DNA of 64,000 nucleotides, from positions 28,360-92,359 of the forward strand of contig QGNQ01000003.1 of assembly GCA_003228175.2 (NCBI GenBank). Reading direction: 5' to 3'. Position 1 is the first letter of the stretch; each line of letters starts with the position of its first letter. The notes beneath the pieces are model-generated. The model ran no database searches. It saw nothing but the letters and a program-made list of their open reading frames with translations, and was not told where the DNA came from. Source of the DNA: Chloroflexota bacterium (GTDB lineage: Bacteria; Chloroflexota; Dehalococcoidia; Bin125). Positions 59,872-64,000 of the stretch are shown here, piece by piece. Position numbers and translations under genes: made by a program.

Positions 59872-60851
59872 GCCGACCGCCGGGTGTAGCGGATGCGCGG
59901 GTCGATGAAGACGTAGGCGATGTCCACGATCAGGTTCGCCGTGATGAGCAACGTCGCGACGAGCATCGTGAAGCCCAGCAGCACGTTGAAGTCGCGCTGG
60001 GTGATGGACTGAAAGATGAAGGCGCCAACGCCTGGGATGCCGTAGAGCGTTTCGACAATGATGGAGCCACTAACGACGCCGACCACGCTGAGCCCCATCA
60101 CCGTGGAGAGTGGCAGCAACGCGTTGCGCAGCACGTGCCGGTACACGACGGCGCGCGGAGCCAAGCCCTTCGCATGCGCGGTGCGTACGTAGTCCTCGTC
60201 GGCCACGGTGAGCACGCTGACGCGGACGAATCTCGCCATGCCGGCCAGCGAGGGCACCACAAGGACCGTCACGGGGATGATGAACGAGGCCGGATCGCCG
60301 GGCGTCCAGACGGAGGGCACGTCGAAGCCAAAGATGCCGAAGAAGCTGTCCGCCTTGAGTACCAGGAACCAGGTGAGGACGGGCTGGATGACCAAGCCCG
60401 GGGGCGCCGTGAGCAGCATCAGCCCGCTGATCAGGGCGGGATCTTTCCATCTACCGCGGTTCATGGCGGCGTAGACGCCTAACGGAATGCCGATCAGGTA
60501 GATCAGGAAGAGGGCGATGATACCGATCTGCGCGGAGACCCAGATGCGGTCGCCCAGCAACTCCTGCACGGAGCGCTGGGGGCTGCGGTTGAAGTACGAG
60601 AGCCCAAGATCGCCCTGCACGAAACCCACCACGTAGTCGCCGAAGCGCTCCACGAAGGAGCCGTTGAGGCCGAACTCCTCGCGAATCAACTCCGCGCGCT
60701 CCGGGTCCGGCGTGCGCTGGCCGCTGATGATGCGAACCGGGTCGCCCGGCGCTACCTGGGTCAGCGCGAAGGTAATCAGCAGGACGGCGAACAGCGTGAT
60801 CGGCGCGATCGCGATGCGACGCGCGATGAAGGCCCAGAGACTGGAGCTCAT
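59868..60851 (-). CDS. Peptide ABC transporter permease OppB/DppB
   Basis: APGDP, GDLGLSY, DYVRTAHAKGL, RNAL.P, IDPRIRY. Confidence 0.92.
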   Translation of the reverse strand: MSSSLWAFIARRIAIAPITLFAVLLITFALTQVAPGDPVRIISGQRTPDPERAELIREEFGLNGSFVERFGDYVVGFVQGDLGLSYFNRSPQRSVQELLGDRIWVSAQIGIIALFLIYLIGIPLGVYAAMNRGRWKDPALISGLMLLTAPPGLVIQPVLTWFLVLKADSFFGIFGFDVPSVWTPGDPASFIIPVTVLVVPSLAGMARFVRVSVLTVADEDYVRTAHAKGLAPRAVVYRHVLRNALLPLSTVMGLSVVGVVSGSIIVETLYGIPGVGAFIFQSITQRDFNVLLGFTMLVATLLITANLIVDIAYVFIDPRIRYTRRSA

Positions 60852-60915
60852 CTGCCGTCACCCCTCCGACACGCGTCGTCCCGCTTGGATGCGCCGCCGC
60901 GCACGTGCCTCGGCG

Positions 60916-62721
60916 CTACTGCTCGAGGCCGATGTAGCGCAGATGCGGAATGATAGAGCGTGGCGGCAAATAGCCCGTCACGTACGGCTTGACCACCTGG
61001 TTCGCGGTGCCGAAGAAGAGGGGCACCCAGGGGGCGTCCTCCACGATCACGCGCTCCGCTTCGCGGTAGAGCTCAATGCGGCGCTCGGCGTCCAGCTCGA
61101 CCCGGGCTTCCTCAACAAGGGCGTCGAGTTCGTCGCTCTGGTAGGCCGGGTTGTTCTGCAAGGAGCTGCTGTGGAAGAGCAGGTCAATGATGTTCTCGGG
61201 GTCGGGGTAGTCCAGGATCCAGCCCAGGCTGAAGGCTTGGTACAGGCCCTGGTCCAACTCTGAGAAGAAGTTCGCCGCTTCGACCTGCTGAATCTCGATG
61301 TCGAGGCCCAGGTTCTCGCGCCACATGTCTTGAATCGCGACGATGACGTTGCCCGGCGTCGCGCCAGCGCCCGGCACCGTGATGCGGATGTTCTCCAGGA
61401 ATGGTGTGCCGGCGTACGAGGAGGCGTCCAGCGTCTCCTTAGCCAGCTCCGGGTCGAAGGGGAGGCCGCCGTAGGCCTCATCGAAAGCGGCGAGGCCGGG
61501 CGGAATGACGCCGTTGGCGACCGGTGCGATGGACTGCAGCACGACATCCGCGATGGTCTGCTTGTCGATCGCCATCGCGAGCGCGCGGCGCACGTCGCGG
61601 TCGTCGAAGGGGGGCTGCTGGGTGTTGAAGCCGACGTAGAAGATGGAGAGTTCGTTGCGACTGACGAACTCCGCGTTGAGGTCGGAGTTGGGGTCGCGCG
61701 CGCGTTCGATGTCGTTGGTGCCAACGTCGGCGATGTCAACTTCGTTGTTCTCGTACTGCGTGAGTCCACCGCCCGCGAAGCGCACCTCGACGCGCTCGAT
61801 GATGGCGAGCTCCAGGTGGTACCGATCCCAGCGCTCCAGCACCATGCCTTCGCCCAGGTTCCACTCGACCAGCGTGAAGGGGCCGGTGCCATTCGGCTGC
61901 GAGGCCCAGTTGCGGGGGTCGTTCTCGACCTGCTGCCGATCGACGACGAAGGATGTGGGGTAGGTGAGCTTGAAGAGGAAGTACGGCTTGGGCGCGTCGA
62001 TCGTGATCTGGATGGTGTTGTCGTCGACCACCTGGATGCCGCTGATCTCGTCGGCCCGGCCGCGCATGTAGTCGACGGCCCCAAGGATGTCGTTGAGGAA
62101 GTCCGGCGCGGTGGGCGAGAACGTGTCCGGGTGGGCGTGGCGCTCAATGCTCCACTTGACGTCGTCCGCCATGACGCGGCGGCCGTTGTGGAAGAGTGCG
62201 TCGCGCCGCAGGTGGAAGGTGTACGTCACCGTGCCGTCTGCGTTCTCGGTGAACTCGGGCAGGGTTTCGGCCAGGTCCGGAATAATCCGCAGATCCTGGT
62301 CGAGGCTGAGCAGGCCGCCAAAGATCTCGACGACGAAGCGGGCCGAATCGACGCTGGTGGTGAGGGCGGGGTCCAGGGTGAGGGGGGAGGAGAAGGCGAG
62401 TCGCAGGTCGCCGCTGGGGGCCGTCGCGGGGGAGCGGGAGGGTGTGCTCTGTTCTTCCGCTTGCGCCTGAGCCTGAGCCTGGGCCTGGGATTGGGATTGG
62501 GACTGCGACTGCGCCTGCGCCTGCGCCTGCTCCGATTGATCGGCCGGCGCGGCCTCGTCGTCGCTCTCGCGTTCATCGCGGGTCGCCGCTGTGCCGGGAT
62601 CATCAGCGGCGTCATCGCCGTCGCTGCCGCCGCCACAGGCGGCGCCGACCAGCGCCGCGACGAAGATCAGTGTCAGGATCGAGGCCCAGCGGCCTTTGGC
62701 GTTGGTCAACGCAGCGTTCAT
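60916..62721 (-). CDS. Peptide ABC transporter substrate-binding lipoprotein (family 5)
   Basis: Lipobox GAAC, PDLAE, YTFHLR..A.FHNG, PNGTGPF, PPFDD.DVRRA, GW..DYPDP; QA/QS low-complexity linker. Confidence 0.92.
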   Translation of the reverse strand: MNAALTNAKGRWASILTLIFVAALVGAACGGGSDGDDAADDPGTAATRDERESDDEAAPADQSEQAQAQAQSQSQSQSQAQAQAQAQAEEQSTPSRSPATAPSGDLRLAFSSPLTLDPALTTSVDSARFVVEIFGGLLSLDQDLRIIPDLAETLPEFTENADGTVTYTFHLRRDALFHNGRRVMADDVKWSIERHAHPDTFSPTAPDFLNDILGAVDYMRGRADEISGIQVVDDNTIQITIDAPKPYFLFKLTYPTSFVVDRQQVENDPRNWASQPNGTGPFTLVEWNLGEGMVLERWDRYHLELAIIERVEVRFAGGGLTQYENNEVDIADVGTNDIERARDPNSDLNAEFVSRNELSIFYVGFNTQQPPFDDRDVRRALAMAIDKQTIADVVLQSIAPVANGVIPPGLAAFDEAYGGLPFDPELAKETLDASSYAGTPFLENIRITVPGAGATPGNVIVAIQDMWRENLGLDIEIQQVEAANFFSELDQGLYQAFSLGWILDYPDPENIIDLLFHSSSLQNNPAYQSDELDALVEEARVELDAERRIELYREAERVIVEDAPWVPLFFGTANQVVKPYVTGYLPPRSIIPHLRYIGLEQ

Positions 62722-62841
62722 GGGTCAGTCCTCGCTCGCTCGCTCCGCCCGCCTCGCTGCGTGGCACGGTGCCCCGCCTGGCGTGGCGCAGGTTACCACC
62801 GGGATGACCGCGGAATTGCTAGCGCACTGCTAGCGGAGCGA

Positions 62842-64000
62842 TCACATGTCGTGAAGTACGGGCGGGGCCGCCAGGCGGATGCCGAGCTCGTCCAACTGAT
62901 CGCTGGCGACGGTGGAGGGTGCGCCGGTCAGTGGATCGGTCGCGGACTGGGTCTTGGGGAAGGCGATCACCTCACGGATGTTCTCCACGCCCATCAGCAG
63001 CATGACGACACGATCCAGCCCGACGGCGAATCCCCCGTGCGGGGGCGCGCCGTACTCGAAGGCGCGCAGCATGTGGCCGAAGCGCGCTTCTTGCTCCTCC
63101 GCACCGATGCCGAGCAGATGGAAGATCCGGGATTGGAGCGCCCGTTGATGAATCCGAATTGAGCCGGAGCCCAGCTCGTAGCCGTTGGCGATGCAGTCAT
63201 AGGCGCGGGCGCGGATCCGGGCGGGATCGCTGTCCAGCAGCGACTCATCCGCCCGCAAGGGCGCCGTGAAGGGGTGGTGCTGGGCGTTCCAGCGACCGCC
63301 CTGTTCATCGCGCTCGAACATGGGGAAGTCGGTCACCCAGGCGTACTGCAGGATGTCCGGGCTGGCCAGGTCCAAGCGCGACGCGATCTCTCGGCGCAGG
63401 CCGTCCAGCACCGTGTTGACCACGCCGTCCACGTCGGCGGCGAGCAGTACCAGATCGCCCGACTTGGCATCGCAGCGCGTGCCGATCGCCTGCACGGTCT
63501 CCAGACCGAGATGACGCAGGACCGGGGAGCGAACGTCGTCCTCCGTGGCGTCCGCGGGCGGGGCCGTGAACTGGATCGAGACGAGCCCTTTGGCGCCCAT
63601 CGTCTTGGCCAGCGCGGTGAATTCCTCGACCCGCTTGCGCGACAGCTCGGCCCCGCCTGGCATGACGATCGCGCGCACGCGTCCGCCGGACTCGATGGCG
63701 CCGCGGAAGACGCCGAACTCGCTGTCGCGCACCAGGTCCGAGCAGTCGGACAGCTCCAGCCCATACCGCAGGTCCGGTTTGTCGCTGCCAAAGCGCTCCA
63801 TGATGTCTGCATACGTGAAGCGCGGGAAGGGCGTGGGCACGTTGAGGTCCATGCGCAACGACCGTGTGAGGCCGATGAACATCTCCTCCAGCAGCGAGAG
63901 GATGTCCTCCTCCTCCACGAACGAGACCTCCAGGTCGAGCTGGGTGAACTCGGGCTGCCGGTCGGCGCGGAGGTCCTCGTCCCGGAAGCATCGCGCGATC
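62842..64000 (-). CDS. aspS: Aspartyl-tRNA synthetase, 3' part (continues beyond the window)
   Basis: FRDEDLRADRQPEFTQLD, GSDKPDLR, HHPFT, GSIRIH, GAPPHGG, VIAFPK. Confidence 0.96.
   Translation of the reverse strand, partial: IARCFRDEDLRADRQPEFTQLDLEVSFVEEEDILSLLEEMFIGLTRSLRMDLNVPTPFPRFTYADIMERFGSDKPDLRYGLELSDCSDLVRDSEFGVFRGAIESGGRVRAIVMPGGAELSRKRVEEFTALAKTMGAKGLVSIQFTAPPADATEDDVRSPVLRHLGLETVQAIGTRCDAKSGDLVLLAADVDGVVNTVLDGLRREIASRLDLASPDILQYAWVTDFPMFERDEQGGRWNAQHHPFTAPLRADESLLDSDPARIRARAYDCIANGYELGSGSIRIHQRALQSRIFHLLGIGAEEQEARFGHMLRAFEYGAPPHGGFAVGLDRVVMLLMGVENIREVIAFPKTQSATDPLTGAPSTVASDQLDELGIRLAAPPVLHDM

Noticed and set aside
62464-62531. 6-nt tandem repeats as a CRISPR or contingency locus
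   Set aside because: Degenerate in-frame repeats encoding a QA/QS linker of the OppA lipoprotein; there are no spacers. I saw no CRISPR array or cas gene anywhere in the window.

Overview
High-GC bacterial chromosome segment, probably Chloroflexota (Dehalococcoidia-like); the taxonomy is my inference from gene content and protein style. The right two-thirds is mostly housekeeping: gatB, yvcK, secG, fmt, rlmN, rplY, larE, a hydantoinase/oxoprolinase pair, pccB, aconitase, mdh, fumC, sdhA/sdhB plus a CCG-domain subunit, a higBA remnant, nadK, tlyA, clpX/clpP/tig, oppABC and part of aspS. The first ~16 kb, up to a tRNA-Gly(TCC), is an accessory metal/redox region that the ORF track mis-calls because of in-frame UGA codons. 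(i) A radical SAM gene reads W-F-C-UGA-A-E-P (a CUAEP tail). (ii) An unannotated ~102-aa gene (15202-15510) has two in-frame UGAs, in G-U-G-G and in a C-terminal H-A-H-G-P-T-U-A-H motif. Each of these three UGAs is followed by a perfect 7-bp hairpin at nearly the same distance with GU in the loop, i.e. SECIS-like. They lie among a P1B-ATPase with a MerR regulator, an ATP-grasp enzyme, NfuA and a MerA/LpdA-like disulfide reductase. Together these form a candidate selenoprotein-based metal-handling system. No selA/B/C/D genes are in the window, and other genes carry plain lesions, so selenocysteine (Sec) incorporation is inferred, not proven. Other oddities: malate dehydrogenase with a histone-H1-like tail, a LysM-like insert in OppC, a candidate structured ncRNA at ~45.7-45.9 kb, and repeated leaderless-type starts.
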